Positions 37,445 to 51,300 of a DNA stretch of 64,000 bases are shown here, in pieces. Position numbers and translations under genes: made by a program. The notes below the pieces were generated by a model. The model did not search any database and was not told the DNA's origin. It saw only the letters and a program-made list of their open reading frames with translations. How positions within the stretch are numbered: position 1 is the first letter of the stretch; each line of letters starts with the position of its first letter. Source of the stretch: Selaginella moellendorffii (lineage: Eukaryota > Plantae > Lycopodiophyta). The stretch covers positions 1,841,419 to 1,905,418 of the forward strand of contig NW_003314275.1 in the NCBI RefSeq assembly GCF_000143415.4, read 5' to 3'.

Positions 37445-38744
37445 ATGCTCCGGATGCCGCCAATCGTCACCTGGGAATCCACCAGATTCCCTCGCAGGAC
37501 GAAGATTTGCTGCTCCCTCCGCGACGACAGCGACTACATGAGGCAGTGCGTGGAGCTCGCCCGGCGCGGATTAGGGCGCACGTCACCCAATCCCATGGTA
37601 GGATGCCTCATTGTCGATAACGCGGGAGAGATTGTGGGCCGAGGATTCCATCCCAGAGCTGGTGAGCCTCATGCCGAGGTGCTCCTCTTCCTCTATTTCT
37701 TTCCTCTCTTCTTCTCGCTCAATCGAGCGTTGTTTAGGTGTTTGCGCTGCGGGAAGCTGGATCTAAAGCCCATGGATCAACCGCGTACGTGAGCCTGGAG
37801 CCCTGCGATCACGTCGGAAGAACACCACCGTGCAGCAGAGCGCTCGTCGCCGCAAGAGTGAGGCGTGTAGTCGTCGGAACTGTGGATCCAAATCCGCTCG
37901 TCGCTGGGAAAGGAGTGGAGCGACTGCGACGAGCTGGAGTGGAAGTCACCGTCGGCGTCGAGGAGGAGCTTTGCCGGGTTACCAACGAAGCGTTCTTCCA
38001 CCGCATGGTGACCAAGAAGCCGTTCACCTGTCTCAGGTTTGGAAAGCTGGCAATTCCCGAAACTGTGCAAACGATCGTTTCTGTTCCTCTCCGCGTAGAT
38101 ATGCCATGACTATCGATGGATGCCTGCTCGCTGATCCTTCAACTCCGGTCGCCGCGAGTTTCTACAGCCAGCAGCTGGAAGAGTATGATGCGGTTGTCAC
38201 CACCGAAGCTTCCCTCGACGCTGATCCTGTTCTTCTCTCGGCGGAGCAAGGAGCCAAGCAGCCACTCCGTGTCGTGGCCGTCACCTCTTCTTCGTCACTC
38301 TCCAAGCTCGCGGGCCTTTTGAGTGCTCGAGTGTTTGACACCAAGCTGGCCCCAACGCTGCTCGTGATGGACCAGCAGAGCCTGGTGGAGGACGTGACCA
38401 AGCAGCTGGGTGGCAAGGGGGAATCCATTGAAACCGTGTTGCGGCGCAAGAACGTAGAAGTGGTACCTGTGAACGAGGTTGATCTCGACTCGGTGCTGGA
38501 CTTGTGCAACCAGCGGGGTGCCTGCTCGGTGCTGCTCGACTCCACCGCTGGATTCGACATGCTGGGAGTGAAGGAAGCCCTCGAGGACGAAGATCGTGCG
38601 GTAATCCAGAAGCTCTGTGTTGTGGTCGGGCCTTTTGCTGGAGGGGGACAAAGCCAAAAGATTGCATCGTCGATGAGAAAACTGGGCAGGCTGACCACGC
38701 GAAAATGTGGTGAGAACGTTGTTATTCAAGGCTACTTTGAGTAA
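37445..38744 (+). CDS. PyrD: Riboflavin biosynthesis pyrimidine deaminase PyrD (RibD-like), 3 exons
   Basis: [53 protein letters not shown]. The C-terminal reductase-like domain is divergent. Confidence 0.92.
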
Positions 38745-41278
38745 AAAGATTGGGAAGTCTGCTCTAAATTTCTAGAAATAATCATCATAGAGAGTGTAGG
38801 CGTGAGCTTGGTTTTCCTCTTCTTCCTCTTGCCTTTATGAACTTCTTGCACTTGCTATGCATCTCAACAATGCTACTGTTCATCCATCATAAATTTGCTT
38901 CTGGTGACCAAAAAATGCACTATGTTGAAAAAGGACACGTGGCATTCCTTTATTGGTCCTAGAAGAATGTGTGAATTGGATATTCTTCATGTGTAAAATA
39001 GAATATTCCTACTGGATTCTTAAAGGATTTCCTAGAAATGGCCATTATGTGGGGATCATGGCCATGTATTACATGACTATCCATAACCATTCAACTATAT
39101 CCATTTATCATTTAATTTTTTTTTATTATAAGCCTTGAATTTTTTCCCCAATTCAACAATACAAACACCATAGTGCTTCTTTAAATTCCAATCAATAAAA
39201 ACTTTTGGGCATTGTTGCAGCTCAAAAAGAGTTCAAAAACTCAAATAGAGTAATTTAAATTATAGATTTCAATTGTCAATAGCTATGTAGTATAGCATTG
39301 GATGAGCAGTGCATAAAATTTCATGAAATTTCATTATTTCACAAAGAATTTAATGTAATTGTTTCAGATTTCAAAATGCTTTGATACCTAATTATTGCTT
39401 TTATTTGCAAGAATGGGTCAATTTTTTTTACTATATGCTATGTGCAAAGGAAGGAGGACAAAAATTTATTAAGATTGGAAGATAATTGTACTTTTTTTAA
39501 TTCATATAATTTTGGATACAACATATATTCATTTTTCTTTTCTAGTAGATCTAAAAGTTTCCTCCAAGACTTGCTCAATGAAGATGTTTCTTGATCAAAC
39601 CTAAAAGTGTTTACTCCCATGTTTCACTTACTGATTTGCCCAATATGCAAAAAACCTAACTTAAGCTCATACCCAAAACTAAAGATAAATAAAATGAAGG
39701 CTATATCACAATTGAGGATGATATTGAGGCATTTGAGGGACTTGAGGAGTAAAATAATGCAAAACTTGTGGAGGTTCAAAAGGTTAATTGTTTGGAGAGC
39801 AATATTTTCAATCAAGTGGCTAAAGTAAATTGTTTTTAAAGAACTTTAGCAATATGTTATTGGGCATGGAAGTAAGTGATAGCAATCACAAGATGCCCAC
39901 TAAAAGCATTTATAGGAATTTATAAAATATTTATATATACAATTTTTTGTGTTTAATAACTTATACTTCTAGAATTGTATTTATTTGATAACACTATATT
40001 GCTTTAAAACTCATAGCTACATACTATCATATGAGATAGGGTTCATAAGTGACTCCAAAACCTACTTATGTCAGTCCTTGCTAAGATATAATTTTGGAAT
40101 GAAAATTAATTGCCCACATGTTACTGATCTTGGAAATGAAGTTGGTTCTTGGAATAAATTATTTTTTCACATTTTTTCCCCAAGCCAGAACTCTAGTGAA
40201 TCTATTGCAAAATGGTGTGACTTAAATAGTCATTCTTCATCACATTTTGTAAAGTGAACAAAAAGTGGATTAAACAAACATGGTTCGTAAACAGTTGAAA
40301 CTATATGTTGAACAATCTCCACAAACCACTGTTGTAAATGTTTTTCAAGGCCTTTGAAGTGTCAAGTTGCTACCATATCCTCTATTTAGATCATGACTTA
40401 CAGTGTGAATACCTATAATAAGGAGGTGGTGCCAATACTTGTTAATGTTTTGAGGAGTACTCAACTTTTCTGAGGATAGTATTGCACTTTCATCCTCATC
40501 AAGTGTTGGAAACTTACTTGCAAAGCATCCCGACTAACTGTGGCTCCAAGAAAAGTGTGTGGTAAAGTATAATTGCCATGCACTCCTTTATAATATCTTT
40601 GTAATTGCCATTGAGGTCCCCTAGAGCTATCTCTAAAACTTAGTGGAGATGAGTGATTGTTGGATTCTCTAGTATCTCATTCATTAATTTTCTCTTTTTA
40701 TTTGTAATTTGGAGATTTATGGTGGCTCTTAGGATGTTTACTCCATCTGAAATCCGAGGGGCAACAACTTCAAGTGTGATAGTCTTTTGTCGCATGGATC
40801 TAGATTGCTTCTGCAGCTATCATTAGTATAGCTATGCTACACAATTAAGAGACTTCTGCTTGAGCTTTAAAACATTAGAACAATAGCCAATCAACAAATA
40901 TGGCCTATAAAAAGGTATAGTTAAAAATAACTCAATATATACAACTTGTAATTCATACATTTTTCCTATCAGCTTCTTATAAAGTCATCCAAAATGGGAG
41001 TTTCTTTGGATGCCAATATGAAGCACCTTCAGTAAACACACAAACTTAATTTGCCTAAAGAAAGGAATATTAGAAAATATGGTAAATAAACTTTGATCTT
41101 ATTCACATTTTTGAGGCCACAATGCCTCACATAGTGCATTTTGTCATGGGCTTCCAGTGTCAATGGTTCTCATCTCCCACACCATTGCCATAATGATATT
41201 GCATGCATATTTCACTCAAAATTGAGGAGTATGACAATTTGGTTTGAAGAGAGGCTCTAAACAAAAGAACTCATTACT

Positions 41279-41422
41279 TATAACTAAAAAGACTTCTAGT
41301 TGAGGTAGAAGTATACAAAACATATACTATCACCAGGTCCAACTTGCCATGCCACTTGTAGATGTCAGTCATAATATGTGTTTTGTATACTTCTGCCTCA
41401 ACTAGAAGTCTTTTTAGTTGTA
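41279..41422. repeat. 144-bp inverted repeat / hairpin (~50-bp arms)
   Basis: TATAACTAAAAAGACTTCTAGTTGAGGTAGAAGTATACAAAACATATA pairs with TATGTGTTTTGTATACTTCTGCCTCAACTAGAAGTCTTTTTAGTTGTA. Confidence 0.9.
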
Positions 41423-41789
41423 CGCCTACAAAAAAGAAATAACTACATCAATATAATGATAAATTATACAAAGGAAAAGAAACATACAGCATTGTTCTCT
41501 CATTGTTAATAGGCATGTGCCTATTTTTGATAGTGAAGCAAGTGTTTGTGCATTAGGTGTTAACCTATGTTGTATAGGTAAATGACTAAAGATAATTTTT
41601 TGTAATTCACTAGAGAGTGAGCATTGTGAAGAGGAAACACAACCACTTATATGAATCCCTTTAGGAGTTGGAGTCGACTGTATTGGTGTGTGCTTGGTGG
41701 TGTTGTGTGGCCTTGAAGAAGAAGTTTATCAAAGAGTATACAAGCCGATGCATGTGTTGGCAATTAGTTGAGGGATTTGAGTTGTGATA

Positions 41790-41826
41790 AATTGTTGGTT
41801 GTTGTTGTTGTTGTTGTTGCTGTTGC
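41790..41826. repeat. (GTT)n microsatellite
   Basis: Direct reading of the sequence. Confidence 0.85.
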
Positions 41827-43318
41827 TTGCATTGATTATATTGGATGGGCATTAAGGTAGAGCTCTAGCTAGAAGGATGGGAATGGAACATATGCCATAG
41901 ATGAAAATGTTCTCTATGATCATTCTCTTGACTTGCTCATATGCTGTGGGCACAACCAGAATTGAACTGGGCGAAGTGTTACTTATATTGGATAGCCATG
42001 AAAGATCAAGCACTTATTGTGAATCCACTGGAGGATCCCTCCTTCAAGTTTCCCTTCTTCTTGTTGTTTTCAGCCTGCACGCCTGGAAAGAAAGAAAAGT
42101 TGATCGCTAAAACATCCACAAGAAATGGATGATGGAACTTACTGCCTCTAACAAGTGCAAAATTGGAGCAAAAATGTAATCATGCCAAGTTTCAAATCCA
42201 ATATTAATAAATCAATACTTCATGCTATCCTATAACCCTAAATTCTTTGAAGTGTATGCAGCATGCTTCCAGTTTCTATATTGCATTTTATAGCTTCTTC
42301 TTAAAAGAAAATAACTATAACCTCATAGAAAGTAAAATATGAATTTTAAAAATAAATTAGACTGAAATTAGAAATCATAAAAATTCTTTATAAGAGAATG
42401 AGAAAGTAAGAATAACATAAACTTAAGATAGTATTAATATTGTGTTTTTATTATATAGTTGAAATAAAGTAAAATCATACTTTAATTTAAATATTTCTGG
42501 CTACAATAAGCTTTTATTTGTATTTAGTGGTTTTGGTGGTATACATTTGGCCTTGCAAAGCTCGATATATCTAGTATTGGTTTGGCTTAGTAAAACTAAA
42601 ACATGATTAGAGGGTAAAGAGCTTAATTGTGAGCTTGAATGAATGTTTTGTTCTTGTGGATGGTGCTTCCTTTAATGGTGGATGTATTTTAAGCAAAGAG
42701 CTTGCTAAAATAAATCTAGCTCTGTCAAGAGAGCTCTTATAGATGATGCTTTCCATTATTGCTAATGGTTATCCTAGTCATGACATAGTTTAGCATGTAT
42801 GTTCTTCATTTAAGATTTTCACCTTTTATAACCTGCCATACTTCATACTAATATATAGGCTAGTGATGAAATTTGAATTCCTCTACTTAAAATTGAAATA
42901 TAACCTTGAAGAACAAATAAATTTTAAAAAATTCAAACTAAAGTAGATGAAGAATAACCATTTACAACTTCTCAAAAGCTCTTCTAGTGACTAAAGTCAC
43001 TATCAATAATGTTGTTGCAATATAGTCTATGACTTCTAGATTTGCTAATGCACATTACATTGATAAGTCTAAATGGAGAAGGTATTGTGGGATTTAGCCC
43101 AGTATGATAGAGTGAAAATTCTTGATTCTGGATTGTTGCTATGTGTTGCTCAAAACAAGTTTAGAATAGAGAACATCACAAAAAGCTAGAACTAAATACT
43201 TGTGTAAAATAGCACCTTCAACACCATATAAAAATGGTTTAAATAAAATTTTGATATCTTTGCTACTCAATGTTTTAAATATATTGTTAAAACAATATAC
43301 ATATTAATGAAACAAAAA

Positions 43319-44030
<712 letters not shown>

Positions 44031-45074
44031 GTTCTTACCCAATCTCACACTCCATAGGTTGAAACAAATTAATAGAAATATGAGAAGCTTTGAAATATTC
44101 AACAATTTGAAATGCTTGAACCTCATGAAGGTTTTAATTCACAACCCAATGTGCAAGATCCTTTGCAATATAAGGCATAAATATGTATCTCAAACTTTGT
44201 ATATATTATGCATTAGATGCATCTAAAATGCTAATGTCTTTTATTGCTTATAAACTATATCACTTTCTCGTAAAGCTTTTTTTAGAGATGCTCAAGGCAT
44301 TGGAAGAAGAAAACCAAAATTTAGAAAGATTTGTGTATATATTTTGTATTTAGTTTCATGTTGAGATGCCATGGATAAAATGCATAGCTTGGGAGGCCTA
44401 TATTCTATTCATATCCTTCTCCATATTGTTGGTCTTTAGTGCATGATTGCTCCTCTTAATCTGTTTTGGATGACTAAATTTGCAAATAGCATGCACATAG
44501 GTATTGAAAATTCCATACAATTGCTTTGTAATCGATAGCTTGCAAGAGACAATGTAATATGTAGTGCCACAAATCATGGTATGGATATAAAATCCATATG
44601 ATACTAGTTTACAATACACTGTGAGAGCAAAGTATGAAATAGTAACACAAAAATCTTTGAAACTAAATCATGTACTCACAATCCATATGGCACAATGTAT
44701 AAGGGACCTCATTGGTATACATTTGCTTCCAAATCTTAGACAAGTGCATTTATACAGGCCTTGTAAGGTTGTGTATAGTTAAAGTTTCATGAATTTTATA
44801 TTGACCAAAATGGTGTCTAGCTTAAGTAGGAATTCACAATTTGTGAGACACAAAATCCTTAAGCCCCAAAGTGGAGCCAAAAGGGTGCCACATGGTAATG
44901 GCTAAGGCAAAAGCTAAATGAGCATAACACATTTGGATTAAAACCTCTGACTTGAAAAGTCGAAAGTAGGAGTGGAACTCTTAACAAAGTGCTCGAAGAA
45001 CGAGCACAAAGCAAGCAATAAATGAGTCTCTATAAAAAAGGACACAAAAGGACCAACATATGACATGTGGAAGT

Positions 45075-45390
45075 GTCTGAGATGGAGTCTGAGAAAGAGT
45101 TCGAGAAGGAGTCCAAGATGGAGTCCAAGAAAGAGTCTGAGATGGACCCAAGATGGAGTTCGAAATGGACCTAAGATGGAGTCTGAGATGGAGTCTAAGA
45201 TGGACCTGAGATGGAGTTCGAGATGGACCCAAGATGGAGTCCAAGATGGAGTCTGAGATGGACCCGAGATGGAGTTTGAGATGGAGTCTGAGATGGACCC
45301 AAGATAGAGTCCGAGATGGAATCCGAGATGGAACCAAAACTGAGACTGAGACTGAGACCAAGTCCGAGTCCAAGTCCAAGTCTGAGTCCA
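45075..45390. repeat. 12-bp minisatellite (RAGATGGAGTCY / RAGATGGACCCR) grading into 6-bp units
   Basis: Repeated GAGATGGAGTCT, AAGATGGAGTCC and GAGATGGACCCA, then GAGACT and AAGTCC hexamers. Confidence 0.9.
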
Positions 45391-45419
45391 AATACTAATA
45401 CAGGCTGTTGGGTGAAAGC

Positions 45420-47255
45420 TCAAAGCGATCATCCCCTAGGGGGGCTATAGGGGGTTCCAAAAGTATAGTAGGGAGAGTGTGGGGGTTGAACTCTAGTGGA
45501 ACCAATTTGGTTAGGAAAGGCTAGTGTGATTCAAAAAAGCTATGCCCACGTATTGGGTGATGATATAACCACTGAGGAATCCAAGGCTAACCATTGAGGA
45601 ATCAAAGGTTAGAGTGAAATGGAAAAACAAGCGGAGTAGCTTGGTAAAGTGTTCAAGAGCTAGCTCTAGCTTGTAAGCTTTTGAATTTAGACTTCCCAGG
45701 AAGTCACCCAACCTAGTACTATTCAGCTTTATTATCATTTCTTGGCAGTGGCCATTTGCTTGTGTGTCTTCATGGCTCTTGGCTTTAGTGGTCCAATTTG
45801 CTCTGTGCTCCTGTCCCTTTGCTCCTTGGGCTGTATGCTCAGGAGTCGTTCAGGCAGTGGTTGCCACAACTTGAGCGAGCAATGGAGACTTGGTGATGGT
45901 GGAAGGACAATTTACACAAATGACAATGACGACCTAAGGACACTTAACCTTAAATATCCCAAGACCCTTAACCAATTGAAAAGGGGGTGCACTCTTATTC
46001 ATGGGCTCTTTCCCTCTATATTTGAACCCCATGGATTGTCTCTCAAATTGTTTTTTTAGTTGCTTACAACAATTCATCACGCTTCCCTACAAGTTCACGC
46101 CCTTGTGAATAAAAGGTAAGAGCCATAACTCTCCTGAGAGCCCTGCTCTCTTGACATCCTACCCCTTGGGTTGAGCCCAGCTGGAGCAAGCTAGACCTAC
46201 CAAATGTCAATCAACATATGGTGCAATTTCCCTAAGCCAACCAACAGAGTTGAACTCAAGACCCCCTCTAATATCAAATGTAAGCTCATGACTTTGGACT
46301 TCCTGGGAGGTCATCCAACCCAATATTATTCAAACCCAAGGACATTTAACCTTAAATATCCCAAGACCCTTAACCAAGTGAAAAGAGGGTGCACTTTTAT
46401 TCATGGGCCCTTTTTCTTTATATTTAAACCCCATGGATCGTCTCTCAAGTCGTTCTTTTTGGTTGCTTACAACATAGCTCTCCCAGGAGATCGAATGGTC
46501 AATACTCTCAATCCAAGTGTGGGTGGCATTACTTACTTGGATACCTAATGTGGCTCATTGGATCCTCACTCTAGCCATATGGCTAGGGCACCTAAGGGTA
46601 AAAGGTGGGGAGAGTACCCACAAGGCTCGCATAGGGCCGCAGTGTTTCAAAATGTTGCTCTAGAGTCTTAGACTGAAGAAAGGAAAGGGAGTAATCCTCT
46701 TATGTGGTGACCAAGGATGCGGTCATGTGGCAAGGATGTCTTAAAGGTCGGTAGGATATAATGGTCGAGCTTGTGGGCCTTGACCTAGTGGGAGTGTTGG
46801 CGAACACAACTGGGGACAGAAAGGGACTTAGTAAGGACTGAAAAAGGGAGATTGGGGAAGGCTGTTCCCCATCTCTATAGGCATCCCAAGGATGCTAAGA
46901 AGTAGATCTAAGATGATCACTCATGGATGGATGACCCAGTCTTTGAGAGATAAGACTGTGATGCAAATAGTGTTGGATCACCAGTGTGACAAAGGTGAAT
47001 GGGTATGGCTTTAGCGTAACGGGCTGATATGTCAGTGGTACTTTTGGGTGTCGGTCATAGGATTGGACACATAGAGCACTTGGACTAAGTGCAAAGGTTG
47101 AGTGGTATGAATGCCATTTTCGGGGCTAGCATGTCCCCAAGTCCAGGATAAGACTTATGGAGGTTATGAGTGAGACTCCTTCAAGTGGTCGAAACTATGG
47201 TTAAGTGACTAAAGTAAAATAGAAAATTTAGTCACTTACAATTTAGTATTAGAGT
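45420..47255 (+). mobile_element. Nested, decayed LTR fragments related to the 48390 LTR family
   Basis: 45430-45490 and 45800-45850 match segments of LTR 48390-49522. A ~135-bp direct repeat (45935-46071 / 46335-46473) ends TTGCTTACAACA. A segment ending ...CACTTACA at 47240 is followed by a decayed PBS (TAGTATTAGAG). Confidence 0.65.
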
Positions 47256-47505
47256 TGTTCCTTAGTCTGACTTTTATTGGTGGTCAAGTATATCACCATT
47301 TGATATTGGCATCGAAAGGTCTCAGGAGTGGGTCTTCCTTAAGGAGTAGCATGTCGAGATGGCATGACTCTCCACCTTAATTCATATATGAATATGTTAA
47401 TAATGTGGTGGATAAAAAAGGGCCAATAAGGGAATAACTTTGGGATCTTGGGAACAATATAAAGTTTTTCTCAGAGAGTTGAGGATGTGATCCAAATGAG
47501 CATTT

Positions 47506-48389
47506 TGTAAGCAACTAATTTTTCCATTCTACTTTAGTCATTTAACTGCACCTCCGACCACTTGGAAGAGTCTCATTCACAACCTCCATAAGTCCCATTC
47601 AGAACTTGGGGCTTGTTAGCCCTGAGAATGGCATCCACGCCACTCAACCTTTGCACTTGGTCCAAGTGCTCCACATGTCCGATCCCATGAGCGACACCGC
47701 AAGGTACCACCGATATACTAGCTTGTTATGCTAGGCCATGCCCATTCACCTTGGTCACATCGGTGGTCCAACACCACTTACATTACAATCTCGTCTCTCA
47801 AAGATTAGGCCATCCATCCATGAGTGGCTATCCCAGATCCACTCCATAGCATCCTCAAGATGCCTGCAGACGGGGAATAACCTCCCCCAATGTCTCCTTT
47901 CCGGTCCCCACCAAGTCCATTCTTGTCCATGGCCGTGTTCACCAACACTGCCACTGGATCAAGGCCCATAGGCCCGACCACTAAGTCCAATTATCCTCTG
48001 GGACTTCCTCACTATGTGACTCTGTCCTTTGTCACCACACTAGAGGGCTACTCCTCTTCCTTTCCACAGTCTAGGACTTTGGGGCAACATTTCGGAACAC
48101 CGTGGCCCTACGTAGGCCTCGTGGGTACTCTCCTCGCCTTCTACCTTTGGGTGCTCTATCCATGGGCTTAGAGCAAGGTTCCGTTGAGCCACCCTAGGTA
48201 TCCAAGTAGGTAGTGCCACCCACACTTGGACTGGGAGTATCGGCCAGTCGATCACCCGAGGGAACTAGAGCCCGCTCTTGAACACTTCACCAAGCTACCC
48301 CGCTTGTTGGTTCGTGTTCACTCTAGTCTTGGACTTCCTAGTGGGCAGCTCATCACCCAACACTGGGTACAGCCTTTCTGGGCCAAACT
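47506..48389 (-). mobile_element. LTR fragment, inverted relative to 46475-47240 and cut off by the element at 48390
   Basis: Begins TGTAAGCAAC; its reverse complement aligns, with many substitutions, to 46475-47240 and to 45545-45670. Confidence 0.7.
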
Positions 48390-51300
48390 TGTCGCGAATG
48401 TGACTTCGGGTATCGAAAGTTACCTGTCGGCTAGTCCTTTCAGATATTCTTTCCTTACTGCCACGACGGCAGGAGATCGGTATTGCTGGACCCGTTATCA
48501 GTTTCCCACTTGAGCTAGTTGAGAAACTGGTCAATGACCATGCACTTAGATTGGATAAACATAAGGTAGGAACCCTATGTGTTTCTTGCTGAGCATACTC
48601 GGCCTGGTTTGAGAAACTTGAGTCATTGGCTTGCACTTGCTAGTATCAAGAACCCCCGCGATATTGAGATTGGTCCCTCAATATCGCTAAATGATAGCTT
48701 ACTGTGTCTGCCAAACACCCTCGCTATCATGCCCTTTGTGTTAGTCTCAATTCGGTCCCAAATGCTATTTATGGAAAGCGTCCAGATTTGCTCATTTGGC
48801 ATATCTACGGAATGTAGAGATCGTCCTGAACACAATGGTGTTCGTCCCGTGTCCAAATTCGCAATCTAGGGACATTCCATATTTAGTAAGTTTCGAGCTT
48901 GTCCCAGAGACTAACTCCTAATACTAAGGGAGGCTTGGGGTGAAAGCCCAAAGCGTGTGTTCCTCAAGGGGGGGGGGGCTGTGGGGGGTTCCAAATGTAT
49001 AGTAGGGATAGTGGGTAGGTCGGGCATGGCCGACCAACTTGAGGCATAGTCTAGCTCCCGCTTGCATGCCTGTCCTTGTTCTGCGTCCGGCTTGGGTCTA
49101 AGCCCAAGTTCCATTCCATGCTAGTTGGTGGAGTACCCATGTCCTCGCGTTAGGCCACCGGTATGCCAAAATAGCGCCAGACTCCGTTTGGCTCCGTTTT
49201 GCGTGCTAGTCCTAGCATTGGGATGCTGGTTACTCTAGGACTGTTCCAAGTCGCTCCGGGCTCCTGTCCCTTCGCTCCTTGGGCTTTATGCTCGGGAGTT
49301 GCTCCGTGGTTCGGTTCCGTCACTCCTTGGCTCCATGCTTGGGAGTTTGGCACCGTTCCTTTGTTCAGTGGCCCAAGGCCTTGAACCTCGGGTTCCTATG
49401 GACACGTGGCATGTGACATGTGGCATCTGTCACGTGGCACAAAAAGGGTTTAGGTTCCGCTTCGTGGTGTTATCCTATGGTAAATCACCATAGGATAAAG
49501 GGTCAAAACCACGTGCGCTACATTTGGTATCAGAGGATGAGTCTCAGCGAGTACTATTCAATGAGATTGGGCAACTAGTCTCGTTGCATACGCAGAGATG
49601 AAAACGATGATCCGAGTGGGTACACGTTTGGTGCAAAGGGTTCACAATTGTTCCTTGGGTATGGGTTTGGTTACCTTTTGTACCATATTCTGTGAGCTTG
49701 AGCTTGGGCTCACAAAAGGGATTGAGTTGTTCCGGTTACACGAGTTTACGCTTGGGCTCGTGAGTGAGGCGCATTAGCAACTTGAGGTTACACTTTGAGT
49801 TGGCAGGATTAATGTTAGCCTATCGGTGGTTCCATGAGTTGTTCCATGTACCGTGAGTAAAAGCAAACCTTCCCTGGGTTTGCTATGAGTGGCAAATAGG
49901 TTGGTCCGTAGCTATTTAGCACGGCATTAGTAGATCCTTCCTAGGCATGATTATAAGTGGATCAATCAAGACTGTAGGGATTAGTCTATTGGTTCAAGTA
50001 ATCATTGCCGTGCTCTATTATAAACTTTTCTTGGATTGGACTGAAGGCAGTGCGAACGCAAGCTTGAAGTGTAGTCAAAGATGAGACCGAAAAGAGAGTC
50101 GTCGGGGATGAAGGATCAAACACGTAAATCATCTTCTCTTTTGGAGAGATGGTTTGCAACGAGGGGTGACTCATTGCTCGTGTTCACATCATGCAATCAA
50201 GAGTCCCTACCTTGATGCATCTTGGAGATGATGGTCTTACAAATGGTGAGTTGTGGGATGGATAGCGGTGAAATGCTATACCATTTTGTCTAGGCTTGCT
50301 ATTGGAAGACTTGAGTTACAATGCTCAATTCTTTTTCGGGGAACCTTGCTATTGCTCCTTGAGTAGCTTGGTATTGGATTAAGTTTTGAGTTTGATCGGA
50401 TAGTGAGTGGTATGAGCTTGTCTGTGTTGTGAACAAAAGTTAGTGGTGTTGGGTGTTGTAAATCTCTATCGGTAGAGTGTGGCATTTATGTTGCATTCTG
50501 TCAAGTTGAGTTGGCACTTGATATTCATGTAAACCTTTGAAGTAATGACATTGGCATTGTTCATGGTGTTGCTCAATTGATGATCAAGTCATTGTAATAC
50601 TTATATCATATCCATGTGATAATGAGCAATGTGTTTACGAAGTTGCTGGTTAAATGATGATCAACCCCAAAGTGGTTGATGGTGAAGCTAGTCTACTTGC
50701 ATGAAGTAACATTATAGTAGCTTTGACTGGATTCTCGATGGTGGTCCATTATGCTAAGCTTAAGTTGGTTCCTTGTTTCCTTGGGAGTTAACCCATAAGG
50801 AGTTGGAAAAGGGTTGTGGCATTCATTTGCTATAACTCATTGGTTTATCCGTTAGCACTTGGAGTAGATTGTTGGATGGAAAAGGTGTGTAGTTAAGGCA
50901 TTAATATCGCTAACACTTGTGTTAGTGGAAGTGGCATTGTTGATTCGAGTGATGAGGAATTTTCCTTATAGCTTGATTTTCCATGTCATTTTTCTTGTTA
51001 GTGTTTTGGCTTCACATTGGATCTTGAAGGTGATTGAAGAAAAGTGTTAGTGCAATGTGAATATCTGAAGATGTGGTCTTTGTGATCAAGCCTTGGATGT
51101 TCCATTTGCATTTTACGGATATCAGTGTTGGATGTCGAAAGAATGGGCAAAAAGATGTTCAAGGCTTAAGCATACTATGGGTCATGAGAATTGGTGTTAA
51201 GGTGAACTTATGTGAAGTTGTTAGTAGAAAGAAGTTGGTTGAGTCTTGAAAGTTTGTATTTCTGGACTGAGAGTCATTCTTTCTCTAGGATGGAAAATTT

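Larger units (their letters stand above)
39150..43290 (-). mobile_element. AT-rich decayed transposon-like sequence, possibly hAT-derived
   Basis: No intact ORF. Only weak frame-broken fragments (IHTVS...IEDMV ~40410-40370; KN*PILANKA ~39430-39395) recall a hAT transposase. No TIRs identified. Confidence 0.25.

Noticed and set aside
15817-38744. Possible vitamin or metabolic gene cluster (TPK, PyrD, AKR, GT31)
   Set aside because: Unrelated housekeeping pathways interspersed with regulatory and structural genes; no evidence of a functional cluster.
41301-41308. TGAGGTAG matches the 5' end of animal let-7
   Set aside because: Only 8 nt match and the rest does not; chance similarity in a plant genome.
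44938-45432. Repetitive ORFs and a possible CRISPR-like array
   Set aside because: 12-bp tandem units with no unique spacers; eukaryotic minisatellite.
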